This document shows, piece after piece, positions 39,626 through 53,089 of a stretch of DNA of 64,000 bases. The notes under the pieces were generated by a model. It saw only the letters and a list, made by a program, of their open reading frames with translations, did not search any database and was not told the DNA's origin. Source of the DNA: Octopus sinensis. Its lineage: Eukaryota. How positions within the stretch are numbered: the stretch's first letter is position 1; each line of letters opens with the position of its first letter. The stretch is taken from assembly GCF_006345805.1 (NCBI RefSeq), contig NC_042998.1:124062001-124126000 (forward strand). Direction: 5' to 3'. A program made the translations under genes and the position numbers.

Positions 39626-39990
39626 AAACAGCAAACTGGCAGAATCCTTAGCAGGCCGGGCGAAATGCTTAGAGATATTTCAACTGTCGCTACGTTCTGA
39701 GTTGAAATTCCCCCGAGGTTGACTTTGCATTTCATCCTTTCGGGGTAGATAAACTAAGTATCATTGAAACACTGGGGTCGATGTAATCGACTAGTCTCTT
39801 CTCGCAAAGTTTCAGGCCTTGTGCCTTTAGTAGGAAGAATATTCTTCATACTTACATTTTCTCAGTGTGTTAACTTTTGTTCGCACTTTCGCATGTATTT
39901 GCCTTTGCAGTGTCGCCAGCGTCTGAAATCCTTGATTTTCAGCCTTTTTAGATCGATAAAAATCAAGTACCAGAACTGAGGTTTATATGA
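39625..39990 (+). mobile_element. Two type-B SINE copies
   Basis: TTCTGAGTTGAAATTCCCCCGAGGTTGACTTTGC...ACTGGGGTCGATGTAATCGAC. Confidence 0.75.
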
Positions 39991-40002
39991 TCATCTACTC
40001 AC

Positions 40003-40480
40003 GGGTACAAATATACGAAGCCCAATATACTCATCATAACTACCTGTCTGATAAGGGTACATCGTACGTGCGTGACATGGTGATTTTATACCAAGACAAA
40101 CAGCGCATGACCTTGCAGGTGGGGCCCAGTTAGAATTTTCTTTAGGTTGAGCAGCGCATTCCGCACAAAAAAATTTTTGAAAAAGCTTTATTTAAGGAAG
40201 ATGAACAAAACACCCATGATTCTAGACTTGAAATACCAAAGAATTCCTGTCGACACATGACAATGTTGCTCCCCCATTACTTGTGCTCATGATCAGTGAT
40301 GCACATATAGTCAGCCACCAAGGGACATGTTCAACTGGTTAAGGTCAAACAATTGACAAGCAAATTTGTAATATTGAGCAGAATATTTGCTTTAGCCAAT
40401 CTTTTATAACGAGAAAAAACATATACATGATAACACTCACAACCAGTCATGAAAGCCACTGCCTGCTACTGAATCAGGGC
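40003..40480. mobile_element. Diverged partial copy of the 555-bp (ATT)n-flanked repeat
   Basis: Shares TTGCAGGTGGGGCCCAGTTAGAATTTTC and ends AGCCACTGCCTG.TACTG.ATCAGGGC followed by (ATT)n. Confidence 0.8.
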
Positions 40481-40481
40481 A

Positions 40482-40517
<36 letters not shown>

Positions 40518-40901
40518 TAGTAGTTTTATTTTTATAACGTGCTTTCACTTCACTACTGAGCGCAGTGCTTATACCATCTTTTTTTTTCTATTATTATCAT
40601 TATTGGCCGTCAGCCAAGGAATCTCCGCTTGACATCGGCTCCGTATTTTGTTTTCGAAAATCGTCAGTTTCTCCAGAAAATAGCCGTGCTTTCCTGTCAT
40701 TTTCAACCAAGGTGGAGACTAAGGGATCCATATTCTGCTGGTGAGTTCACTTTGTGTTTAGATTCCCGCTATTTCTTGGGGACTTATCATATTTATTCAA
40801 TTTTTTACTCAACGTAGAAAAATTAAGAATTTTGCTCAACGGCAGCAACAAATAGGTTTGAGAGAGTTTCAGTCGCCGATGAGAGAGGTGGAGAGACAGA
40901 G

Positions 40902-42290
40902 GTGTGTCTTGCTACAAAGATGAGAGAGGGTGACAGTTTTTTGCCTGTCGGCGTGACTACTAGACAAGCAAGCAGTCAAAACAGGATGACCATCCCAATC
41001 ACAAAAAACAACTCTGACACCACCGCCATCATCACTTCTGACACTATCACTACAAACAACAACAACAAAAGCAACTGTAGCAGTAACAACAAAAACAGCA
41101 GCAGCAGCAAAAGTAGCAGCAGCAGCAACAACAGTAAAGATTTGATGGAAGAGACAAATACGAAGTACAGCTACGATATAAATGCTTTCCCTCGGTTAGC
41201 AAGTAGCTTGGCTACTTCGGTCAACGATATGAACATCACTACAAACAATAGCATCGCTTTGGCTCCGACTAACAGCAAAATCGATATAATCAACACCAAT
41301 AACAGTAACGATAAAACAACTCCTTTGCAGGCGTAATGAATCTGCAGGAGCAAATCTCCCTGGAAAGAAAACATGTGTACCTGAGTGAAGCAGAAAAACT
41401 CCTCAATAGAGGGGATAGGAAAATCAAGCTTGCTATCCCTTCAGAGAAGACTGCCAGAAAGAAAATCTTCAATGCACCACACAACCAAGTAGAAAAATGC
41501 TTGAAGGGCATTTAGACTGATATTTATTTCCTCACACAAGGGAGACAATATGGTTTTGTGGAAGTGAGCTTCTTTGCAGAGGCACTGGCCCCAAAATGCT
41601 CAGCGGCCCAGTGCAAACACGAGGATCTTCTTCTCCTTCCCACATACCTTGGACGGCGGGTGATGAATGTTAACACATCAGATGTGCCACCAGAATAAGA
41701 CATTTGGTGGTTAATTGCGTGCACTGTAGTGGAAGGCCCGGATTTACTTCTAGAAATTAAAAAAAATATCCAAAGGAGAACTAGTCCAGAATCTGGCTGG
41801 AGATTTTGATCCGGGTAAAAATCGAATCCCCGGACAAGGTCCCCGACCTTATCGAGCAGTCCAACGGAGTACAACTCCGAGTTGTGTTTGAAGGCAGAAA
41901 GCCAAGCTGCTACACTTGTGGGTCTAATCAATGCATCAACAGCCATTAAAGCAGCAACATCTTCAACAGCAGAATCCCACTACCACAATGGCACCAACAA
42001 CTGTAGCGGTGGAAACAAGCAACGCCCGACATTCCCTATAGGCAGACAATACAAATACACCATGTACTCCCCATACGGGCGATTCAGGAGCCTTATCATG
42101 CGACGAGGAGGAATTGAATCCCCTTAGAAAGACTTGTGTTGAGAAAAAGCGGAAAAATAGTTCAAAAAGAGGCCGTCTTAAACTGAAAGAGAAAATATAG
42201 GACGAAGCAAATTCACAAGGTCATCAGCTACACTAACAACACCGAAACACTCACCCAAATTGCAACAACAAAAGCATGGCGACTTTTAAA
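40902..42290 (+). pseudogene. Second, divergent and decayed L1/Tx1-type ORF1 (paralogue of 9344-10483) with N/S/T-rich leader
   Basis: From ATG 41336: QVEKCLKGI*TDIYFLTQGRQYGFVEV...LPTYLGRRVMNVNTSDVPPE*...LRVVFEGRKPSCYTCG. This is colinear with EIEKCLGDIMERITFVSRGKKFGTVEV...PSYKGRRGVRVKIPNVPPE...LSVIVEGRKLNCYLCG. Confidence 0.7.
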
Positions 42291-42292
42291 TA

Positions 42293-42630
42293 CATACAGC
42301 CTGAGGATGGTGCTTGTACCATTTGTCAGTAGTTTTGATTTTATAATGCTGATACACTATCCAATTTAGATATTGACCAACACTATCATGTCTTGATTTG
42401 TATTCTACAGGTGCTAAAATCCGTACACCCAGAGATCAGGTGGTCCACTATTTCAATCCCATCGTTGGTGTATCGGCACTTTGAGTCTAGTCCATTTTTC
42501 ATCACATTGCCATGATAGTTTCGAGACAATAATATCTGATCTTGAGCTACCAAGATAAAGGCTTCACTCTGTCTTTAACCCTGAGCTCCAAGAAGATTCA
42601 TGTTCGTGGCTCGTAAGTGTTCTAGAAAAT
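42293..42630 (-). mobile_element. R4/Dong-clade LINE fragment (zinc-knuckle region before RLE)
   Basis: EAFILVAQDQILLSRNY...DSKCR...IVDHLISGC...EYKSRHDSVGQYLNW...KWYKHHPQAV. Confidence 0.75.
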
Positions 42631-44507
42631 TTATTGTTTTATTAGTTGGTATTCCAAGCTTTATTGAACTGCTAGCCAAATAACCCAGCACGCTAGATTT
42701 AAAATTGCAAATTTAATATTTTAAAACAAAAAAAAAATCAATATGTTTTCCAAAATCAAGGGAAGCGACGGTTGTTGGAATAGCTGCTAGGACATTGATT
42801 TTCCCATTACTGGTCGATGCGGTCCGAAAACGAAATACAGCAACAACAGTGGCAGCAGCAACAACAACGAGAACAGCAACAGAATCAGGTGAAGTGGCGA
42901 CGAACAACATACATTTATAAACGATGAAAGAACGACTTCCACCACCGTCCTCAACACCAATAGACAGACAGACTGATTGACAAAATTAGAAATATTTATA
43001 TATTTCGTTTCCTGCTTTATTACGCAAAAATACTTAAATATTAGTTTTGCAATAGGTTTTAGATATAAGCATGTGTATATCTAATCCCTTTTTTTCACAA
43101 AGTCTAAATTTATCCTCCCACGTTTGCCTATATATTCCTTATGTTTCCTATAATTGAAGGCGGAAAAGCGATTTGAATTTTAGGCACATTGTAATAATTT
43201 ACTTTTGCTACCTAAGTTTTCATCGATCAACTAAAAATAATATTAACATATCGCGCCTAGAGCAGAGGATATACTTGTTTAAACTTGTTCACCAACTAAT
43301 GACATTCCATAGAAAAATACACCTCATTGATCTACTTTAAAAGTTGAATGGAACAGAAATATTGCATTTAATCGTGTGTAGAAAGGTGGAGGTTTTCGCA
43401 AAAACAAAAGAATTTCAGTTAGAATGTGACAAGAAACTACGATATAAAAGTCAATCGAAATATTTCTGAGATATTCAATATCAAAACATTGAATAATTTT
43501 CCTGTCTATTATTCACGCAATAACAGGAATTATAATTTTGTTTAACGCATAACAAGTATGTCTAGTTTTTGTGATCTGTTATATGCTGAAATAATTTAAT
43601 ATAAATATAAATATAAGCGCTAAATACAATTTACGGAAAATGATAATTACTTCAATCTTCGTAAAAAGGTTTTGCATTATTATGTTATACATCACCACAA
43701 ACGATTTTTCGATAGTGCCATATCATATTATCATATATGCTATATTAAATTATATTTGTGCATATCTTCTTAGGCAAGAAGTGTAAAATTTATTCAATTT
43801 AGATTTCAATTTAAAACTTAATGAAAGTTAATTTAATTATGTTGTGAATTAACATTGAATCCGCGGCACTTTTAAGCAGCTGCTACTGATTAACTATTTC
43901 TTTATGTCTGGATGTTAAGAAAGTTTAGACAGAAATTTTCTGAATTATTAACCCGTTTGCCAATCAATAATTTCAATACAAACTGTATAGACTGATTGCT
44001 TTGCTGATTCTATCAATGACTAATTTCAACTTCATTGACATTTAATGTGCTAATTCTTTATTCTCAAATGTTCAATGGGGATTTCATAGATTAACGTACT
44101 CTTTAAAATTTTGCACCCTTCATTTAGCTTGGTTATTAACAGTTGTCATTAAAATTTATCATATCATTTATCCTTATTCTATTAAGAATGGTCGGTGTTA
44201 GAAAGCGAATTAGCAATCAAATTGGTTCTATTCAATTCCAGCCCCAGTGGTCTACAGATTCGAATCCACATCTTTGAAAACTTTTCCCTCATATATTTGT
44301 CCGTATTACATTATATAAATATACTGATGCAATCGCCCGCGGAATTATTCCTTGATATTTCTATAAGATTATCTGGATTTTACGGAAATCAATATAATTG
44401 ACATAACTTCATTGTTGTGTACGCATGGATTTAAGTTTCATGAAATCACTGTAACACTTAAAAATTTGCAATATCATTTTAAAGACCTTAAGGAACCTCT
44501 CTACAGA

Positions 44508-44509
<2 letters not shown>

Positions 44510-44538
<29 letters not shown>

Positions 44539-46305
44539 TGTGTACAGTGCTCAGGTGCACTACAACTCATCTAAAGTGTATATATAATCAGGTGTAGTTT
44601 CGGCGGATTTCGGAAAGCATGAGGGCCTTAAAAGATGCAGTGTCATGGCAGTCAACAACTGACGCAGGCAGTTTATTCCATGCTTCAGCAACTCTGAGCG
44701 TGAAAAAATGTTTCCGAAAGTCATGAGAGCTGTATTGTTTTCTGACTTTGTAGGCATGTCCACGTGTGTTAGACACATGGAGATCAAAAAGGTGTTCAGT
44801 GTTGTTGTTGGTGAGGTGGTTGATAACTTTGTGGGTGTTTACCAAGTCCGTCGCCAGACGCCGGAGCTTCAGTGAATCCATGCCCAGGGAAACAAGGCGC
44901 TCAGAATATGGTAGGTGTCTGATGGAGGGTATGCGTTTGGTTGCACGTCTCTGGACAGATTCCAGGAGGTCAATGTTCTGTGCAAGATAGGGGTTCCAAA
45001 CTGATGATGCAAATTCCAAGTGTGGTCGTACCATAGCTGTATACAGTTTTAAATAGATGGCTGGAGAGCGGCTAACAAAAGACCTGCTGAGTGATGCCAA
45101 GACACCCTCGGCCTTCCTGACAATCTTAGAGATATGCTTTGTCCAACGCAAATCACTGCTGACAGTGATGCCTAGGTCACGCTCGCAAGAGGATTTCTTG
45201 ATATCAGTGTTGTGGAGGGAGTATGTGAACGCAGGGTTTTTTCTCCCAAAATGCATGGTGGTACACTTGTCCACAGCCAGTTTCAGTTGCCAGTCTGTGA
45301 TCCATTGCTGCATTGTGTCTAGGTCTGATTGCAGGAAAGAGTTGTAGACATCAGGATCTGTCCTCTTGATTTCAAGGTACAGCTTGATGTCGTCTGCATA
45401 TTTCAATACTGTGGCATTCTTTAAATTGGCATCTATGTCGTTAATGTATGCCACAAACAAGAGGGGACCAAGGACAGATCCCTGTGGTACACCCGATGAC
45501 ATCTCATATGGTGTAGAGTGCTGTCCTAGAACTGTGACAACCTCCTTTCGGCTGAGGATGAAGGATTTCAACCAGTTAAAAAGGTCATCCCCCACACCCA
45601 TTGCAGAGAGTTTCACCATAAGCCTTTTGTGTGGCACAGAGTTGAAAGCCTTAGCAAAGTCAAGGTAGACAACATCCACCCATGAGCCACTGTCAGTAAT
45701 CTGAGTAATGTCCTCAAGGAATCGACAAGCTGGTCACTGCAGCTGGAGTTAGGGACAAATCCATATTGTGAGGGTCGGATGAGACTGTGAGAGCTCCAGA
45801 AGTTCCAGAGTGTTTCTCTGACACACGATTCCATCAGTTTTGCAATACAGCTAGTGAGACTGACTGGGCGATAGTTGACAGGTGATGTGCGGTCGCCCTT
45901 TTTGAACAGAGGAATGACACTGGCAGTTTTCCACTGCTCCGGAGTAGCACCATTGTTGAGACAGTACTGGAAGAAAATAGAAAGCTGGTGTAAAAGGAAG
46001 TGCCTGCCACGTTTGAGAAGCAGGTATGTAACTCCATCGAGACCAGGGGAGGCATAGTTGCGCTTATTTTGAAGGTGACGTCGCAGCATTGCAGGTGTAA
46101 ATTCCATAGTTGTTATGGAGTTTGCTGTTAGTGATGGTGAAGATGGTACATCTTGACTTTCAACAGTGAATATGTTTGCATAGCACTCGGCAATGAGTTC
46201 TGCGCATTCCTTGGGGTCGTCAGTGATCTGGTTTGTGTGAGGGTTGCGAAGAGGGCCCACTGGAGAGTGAGGTCTCTGCTTTGAACCTCTATTCAGCAAT
46301 GATAA
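44510..46305 (-). mobile_element. Young 5'-truncated CR1-group LINE (RT + C-terminus), one frameshift
   Basis: ORFs 45613-46299 and 44588-45679: NYRPVSLTSC..KLMES, YLDFAKAF, GVPQGSVLGPLLF..YINDI, YADD, RGH..K..., FF..RV...WNKLP; (ATT)n tail at 44510-44538. Confidence 0.95.
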
Positions 46306-46379
46306 GTGGAAATTAATAATAAGCTCTTAGAAAATATCTCGCCTTACTAATATCGGGTTCAAATTCTGGTTGAAGGTCA

Positions 46380-47035
46380 TTAAGTTCGAGGCGACTAGTC
46401 GAATACATCAACCCCAGTGCTCAACTGGCACTTATTTAATCGACCCCAAAAGAATGACAAAGTTGATCACGGTTAAATTTGCACTCAAAACGTAACGATG
46501 GGCGAAGTGCCACTAAGCATTTTACCCGGGGTACTAACGATTCAGCCACCGCACCGCCTACGTTTACTTCCTATTATTCCTTTTTACTATAGGCAACAAA
46601 CAGCATTTCGAAACAACAGCTAAGTCTAGTTCATCGACCCTAGTGTTAACGTGGTACTTATTTTATTGACCCCAGCAAAAAGATGAAATGTAAAGCCGAT
46701 CTCGGCAGAATTTGAACTCAGATCCCACAGACGGACGAAATTATGCTATGCATCTTGTCCAACTCGGGTAACGATTTTGCCAGCTGGCCCCTTGTTTTAC
46801 TTTACTAATATTGGTATCAAATTTTGGCACAGACCAGCAATTTTGAGTGAGAGAGTAAACCCCAGTGTTTAACTGTACTTATTTTATCAACCCCGAAAGA
46901 AGGAAAAGCCCCCCCTCCCCCCCAAAAATCGATCTCGGCGGAATTTGAACTCCGAACATAAAGACGCACCAAAACATCGCTTAGGATTTCGCCCGGCGTG
47001 TTAACGATCCTGTCACCTCATCACCTTGTTTTGCG
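46380..47035 (-). mobile_element. Three inverted type-B SINE copies
   Basis: Reverse complements of the array unit (ACCCCAGTG..AACTGG.ACTTATTT.ATCGACCCC; TCGGCGGAATTTGAACTC). Confidence 0.8.
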
Positions 47036-47876
47036 TTACTAATATTGCTAAATGATCTATTGAAGTAGTTTAAATAGCGTGTTCTTATTACGTATTCTGA
47101 CATCGGACAACACACCAAACTGAAAGTAATGAAGAATCTTCCTCGGAAAAAACAGAAAATACCGTGAAAAATGCAAAAATGTTTGTAACAAATTCAACTA
47201 CTAAATTTTTAGCAACGTTTCAATGATGATGAAGATAAAGAAAATAATGATAATCCTTTCTACTATAGGCACAAAGCTGAATTTTTGGGGAGGTGGCTAT
47301 ATATATATATATAAATTAGAAAAAAATACCTTTTATCAATTCAATAATGAAAAATTAAATTATACCATTTGGAAAAATTACATATAAGATAAGACATATA
47401 ACAATGTTATAATAGAGTGCAAACTAATAAATAAAACGACACTTGTCTGACGAGAACGAACCTGAAGTATTTTCAGACTTCTTCAAAGATAATTCCAGTA
47501 AAGGTTTGTATTGTTGTTGTTGCTGTTGTAGTTTTTATTGTAACTGATGATGTTGCTATTGTTGTTGTTGTTACAACTGCACCACGCAAGCCAATAAGAC
47601 ATCCATTTTAATCGTTTTTTTGTTTTCGTCTCAAAAACATGATTTTAACGTCTGACGCAATCTTCGAATATTTTGTCGCCACTTGACAAACGTTTGGACA
47701 TACAATTTATAAAGCGGAGGCAAAATCAATGTGTTCACACGTCATACTTCACGAGACTCCAAAACGACCTCTCAACGATTCCTGTCGCCCAATCAATACT
47801 CTACTCTTTCTAAGAGTTCGGCTAGTCCATTCTTCCAATCCATCAGGGGTGTTTGTCTATCACACTCGCCACAATA

Positions 47877-48025
47877 ATATATATATATATATTATATATA
47901 TATATATATATATAATATATATATATTATATATATATATATATATAATATATATATATATATGCGTCCGCACAATCGCTAATTTATACCCAACGCAAAAA
48001 TATGCACAGACAGTCAGGCAGACAA

Positions 48026-48071
<46 letters not shown>

Positions 48072-48072
48072 C
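47877..48072. repeat. (TA)n and (GATA)n microsatellites
   Basis: Direct sequence. Confidence 0.9.
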
Positions 48073-50029
48073 CCATTAACATTTAAAATCGTTATAATAT
48101 TATTGACGGATATTCCTGGCATACTCGCGGCAAATTCTTTCTCTCAGCCTATATCCACATAGATTTCGTGCTTTAATCATCGTTGTGTGGCAGTACCTCC
48201 CTATATCTTCCTTTTTGTCAGAAATATTTCGTAAATAAGATGAACATTTCAACTGTGCTCGTAGCATACATTTTCTTTCACCATAGCCATATAATATCGG
48301 AAGACTACACATTGTTTCTTGTTAAATGAAAATAGTGGCTCAATCTTTAATATAGCCCCACCTGGTAGACAATTCCGTTCTATAGAGGATAAGATCTGGA
48401 TAAACCCACAACCACATAGAAAATGAACTGATACTGAAGGAAGGAATGTCGAACAATTTCGTCAAGAGCCGCTCGTTTCAAACAACATTGCTTGATAGTG
48501 ATTCTAGGAACTACTGCTTCCAAAGCAGTCGAAAGAAGACTAGCAGCATAATCGTCCAAAGAGAGCATGTGCGGTTGCACCTCCGAATTGTTTATTCTCG
48601 TCCAGGGAACACTATTTGGACATAGTGACTCGAGACTAGTCGGCACCCTTGCTTCCACAATGATTTCGTATGTGAATTTATATATCCCTATCCAAATGAT
48701 GATACGTTGAAAAATAAATTACGCAGGAAAAATACTTACCTTGTTTTAAATGTTGTGAATACACAGCTACACGTCTGTTTCACCTGGAAATTATGAATGC
48801 ATCCCGAAGAATCTTCAACTTGACATTCTTTTTAGTCACGTGTTATGCTTTTTCGATTTACATGTCTTTAAGAGAAATACGGTTATTGACTCCTTGTTTG
48901 TTATATCTGTGTATTTGTGGAGTAAATTCATTTCAATCATAGACGCATTTCCAATCAAGTGTGAAATTGCGAGAAGTTACTTGTTCCCCTGTTTTTAATC
49001 TCAATTATTTACAACTTCTGTTGTGGCGATAGTTCTTATAGCAGATCTGATTACTGTTATTTTTGCTGCTGTTGTAGATTTTAATGATACACTACATGCT
49101 GCTCTTGTTGCTCCTGATAGTATTGATTTTATTGTTGTCTTGTTCTAGTTTTAATCTCCAGCCAGAAGTCTCGTCTCAATTAGAATGCCTGTTTGTACTA
49201 TGGAGATCTTTACTCTAACAAGTCTCTTAGAATTCGAGGTTTGGTCGTCGTTTCTCATGTTCGATTCCCCATACCGTGTTTTCATATATATCCTATGTCT
49301 TTTCTGTTAATCTTTTCTACCACAGCCATTTTCTTACATGTTTCAGGAGCTGGAGAATATAAAGGTTGTCTCCGCGCATGGAAAATTGTATTCATTTGAG
49401 TTTGGGTTTGTGCGAATTCTTTTGCTATATGGTGTGAGAGCGCTATTTTCGGTAAACTTCCCTGGAGTTGTTTGTTATTGTAACTTTCGATCATTGTATT
49501 GCACTGTTGCTATTTTTTGATGTTGTTGCAGAAACATTTTGTTATGGATTTTTTGAAGAGAGGGTAGTAGTGGAAAGAGTCTCTTTATACTGTTATTTTT
49601 CTTGTATTTGGTTTTCTACAAAAACCAATAGAAAGTCATTCATTCTTGCTTCACAGATAGCATATGAACTTCATTTCATCGTCACCTACAGGCAATTTTT
49701 GTTTATTCGTTAACGAAGATTACACTCATGATTCCATCAGCGTCAACATGTAAATGACTCGAGTCTAGGTACTCTGAAAACCAATGTAATTTTATGAATT
49801 TCAGTCGTTCAACTCTCTTTGGAGTACACTACATTAACCTCTTCCTATACTTTGAACTTGTGACCACTGCGGCTCTCATTTGGTTTCAGAGTGCACAAGA
49901 TCGACGTCTACCTTGGCAAACGTCTTTCCATGAAACTAAGATTCATGTCAGATGCTCGCTGTAGTTGACAACTGTAACAATATAATCAATGAGTACAATA
50001 TATATATATTCTTTTGTTTTTTTTTTAGT

Positions 50030-50202
50030 TATTTCGGTCATTTTCATTGCTGGAGCCTTTTAGTCGAAGAATTCGACCCTTGGACTTATTCTTTGTTAGT
50101 CTGGTACTTTATACTATCGGTCTCTTTGGAGGACATAAACACACCGACATCGGTATCAAGCGATGGTAGAGGAACAAATATACACACACACAAAAATATA
50201 CG

Positions 50203-50247
<45 letters not shown>

Positions 50248-50390
50248 TATATATACGACAAGCTTCTTTCAGTTTCCGTCTATCAAATCCACTCACAAGG
50301 CTTTGGTCGGACCGAGGCTATAGTAGAAGACATTTGCCCAAGGTGCCACGCAATAGAACTGAAACCAGAACTATGTTGTTGCTTCGCAAT
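50030..50390 (-). mobile_element. Type-A SINE, inverted, with internal (TA)n
   Basis: Reverse complement of 13650-14010 (CTTCTTTCAGTTTCCGTCTA.CAAATCCACTCACAAGGC). Confidence 0.8.
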
Positions 50391-51257
50391 AACATGATCA
50401 GCCTATGTCTATATAACGTATTTTGTAGCATGTCATGCCACGGAAATGACTTTCATCCAATTTAAACAATTCGTCGGTAATTTCTTTCTAAATTATGTTA
50501 TACACATGGAAATCGTTCTTTTGTTAATATGCGTTAGAGGCAATTTGGGTTCGTCTTGCCTAATTATTGCACATAAGTACAAAATTACTTCAAAGAAGAA
50601 ATAACATTTTATAAGATCTAAATATATTTCCGTTATTTACCTAAATATGCATATTTAGCAGAAAGCTGTAGACAATAATAAATCAGATTCATACTTTCTT
50701 CCATATTACATCTATCCTAAAAGTAACTACTTATCATTGCAAAATATGAATTGATAGAGATATAAATATACTGAAGTTCCTTTGTAGGCTTTTGTGCCGG
50801 TTATGAATATATCCGGTTATTCAGAGGGTCTGAATTATTTAATGGAAAACAATACACCACCGATGAAAAAGATTTAGTTAATTACTGACGCATAAATTCC
50901 TTTGTTCTTTAGTCGTGGGATATAAGTGGCTCGGATAGAGCAGCGTGAAACACTGGAAAAGATGACTTGATGAAAGCATAATGTTCATAACATTTTTCCA
51001 ATGTATTTAGAGTTCTTAATGCAGCATATATACTCATACAAATACATTTGTATCTATTCTTACATATACATATATATTTAAAAACGCACACACGCTAACA
51101 CATACATACATAAGCAGACACATATATGTGAATAAGTATATATTTTTGCGTGTATAAACGTATGCATAGATAGGGACTTGTGAGTGTGTGTCTGCGCTTC
51201 CATCTCTGAGTGAGCGTTTGTCTTCATAATAGGATATGGATATAAATATATATATAT

Positions 51258-51327
<70 letters not shown>

Positions 51328-51899
51328 GGTGTGTGTGTGTAGTGTGTATGTAGTGTGTGTGCATAGGGATTGATATATATTGTGTGAATTTTTTGCAACA
51401 AAAATTATTGTACAATTGTGTCTTCATACGCATCTTACATATAAATGTATACATAGACACATAAGTATGCTATATCTCATATGCGCGCACGTATGTGGGT
51501 ATGAACATACTTTCGTGTATGCATATGCATGTTCTTGTGTCTTGTGTTTATGTGCGCATGTCTCTTAATGGATGTGTAGAGAATATGGCTTTCTCTCGAT
51601 TAATAACCATATTCTATCTTCTAAAGCTTTGTCCGTTTTCATCTTTCATTTCTGTAATTAGATTTTCCTCCAATATTTATATAAGCTGAAATAATGGATT
51701 AATGTTCTTCTTTCATATGTTGTTGGGAATACTTTCTTGCCATAGTTTTTAGCACGTTATGGAAGATTTCCTCACCCATTACCTAAATATGTACGCGAAC
51801 AATTCTACAAACGCCTACACTATCACTACAAAGGCACACAGACACATATGCGCATACATACATGTATGCATACATATGTATGTTCATACATACCTACGT

Positions 51900-51952
51900 A
51901 CACGCACACACACACACACACAAATATATCTATATCTATATCTATATATCTA

Positions 51953-52048
<96 letters not shown>

Positions 52049-52187
52049 CATATATATATATCATATATTATATTTTATTATACTATATTATGTTACATTA
52101 TATTATATATTATATTCATTGTGTTTCAACTCATTCTACTGACCAATTTGGTGGATGCTAATTACCTTGTATATATATATATTATAT

Positions 52188-52253
<66 letters not shown>

Positions 52254-52262
52254 TGTATGTAT
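51900..52262. repeat. Compound (CA)/(TC)/(TA)/(TATG) microsatellite block
   Basis: Direct sequence. Confidence 0.9.
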
Positions 52263-53046
52263 TTCCGAAGTTAACTATGTTGAAACGTTAGTATCTATCA
52301 TAAATCAAATAATTTCAAGTGAGCGAAATATATCCTCTTCTATGTTCAAACTTAGTAATGGATTTTATGTAAGTATTAGGTTTCCTCTTTGATCTGTAAT
52401 GAATGAAAAGTTTTCGTGTCCTACATATTCAGCGGAATTTATTAACAGTAGTTAGTATAATTTATATACATTATGAAAATTACAATAGTAGAAGTCTATG
52501 TCAAACAGTGTACTTGTTTAAGTATTATGAGCAAAACATCTTCTTCATGCTATCTGCGTCGCCCTTTCTCATTTTTCATGTTCACGTACTTTTTACTTAT
52601 GATGTATATTTACTTTCTTATAAAACGTCAAAGTCTGACATGGCTTATCTTAGTGGTAATATTGGATTACAGGAATTGCAGTTCTCCCTCCAAACACACC
52701 ATCCACAATCCATGAAACCCATTTTTGATCATGCAATCAAATTGTAAACAAAAGAAGGCAAAACAATTCTATGGACAGTTTTCTATCATATGCATCTATA
52801 TCAATTGATTTATTTTCAATATATATTCACATGCATATTCGTTTTATTTGAGAGATAAATCTTTCATACTGAATGTTTTACCTAAGTCTGCTACCAAGAC
52901 ACCACTCTATAACTGAAATCTCTGAAAAACATTTATATAAATCTGAATCTACGTAAAAAATGTTTAAAAACTCTGAAGGACTTTGGCTGAAAGTTTTGTA
53001 GCTTATGGGCCAATGCACGTTCGGCTGTTGTCTCCCTCCTCTCCCA

Positions 53047-53089
<43 letters not shown>

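Noticed and set aside
42405-42450. VLKSVHPEI resembling histone H2B
   Set aside because: It is the antisense of the R4/Dong fragment and the similarity does not extend.
44766-46057. Plus-strand ORFs and extra short ORFs overlapping the CR1
   Set aside because: Antisense or alternative-frame shadows of the RT ORF.
48100-48660. Moderately GC-rich stretch with a 92-aa minus ORF
   Set aside because: No recognisable domain or convincing splice pair; left unassigned.
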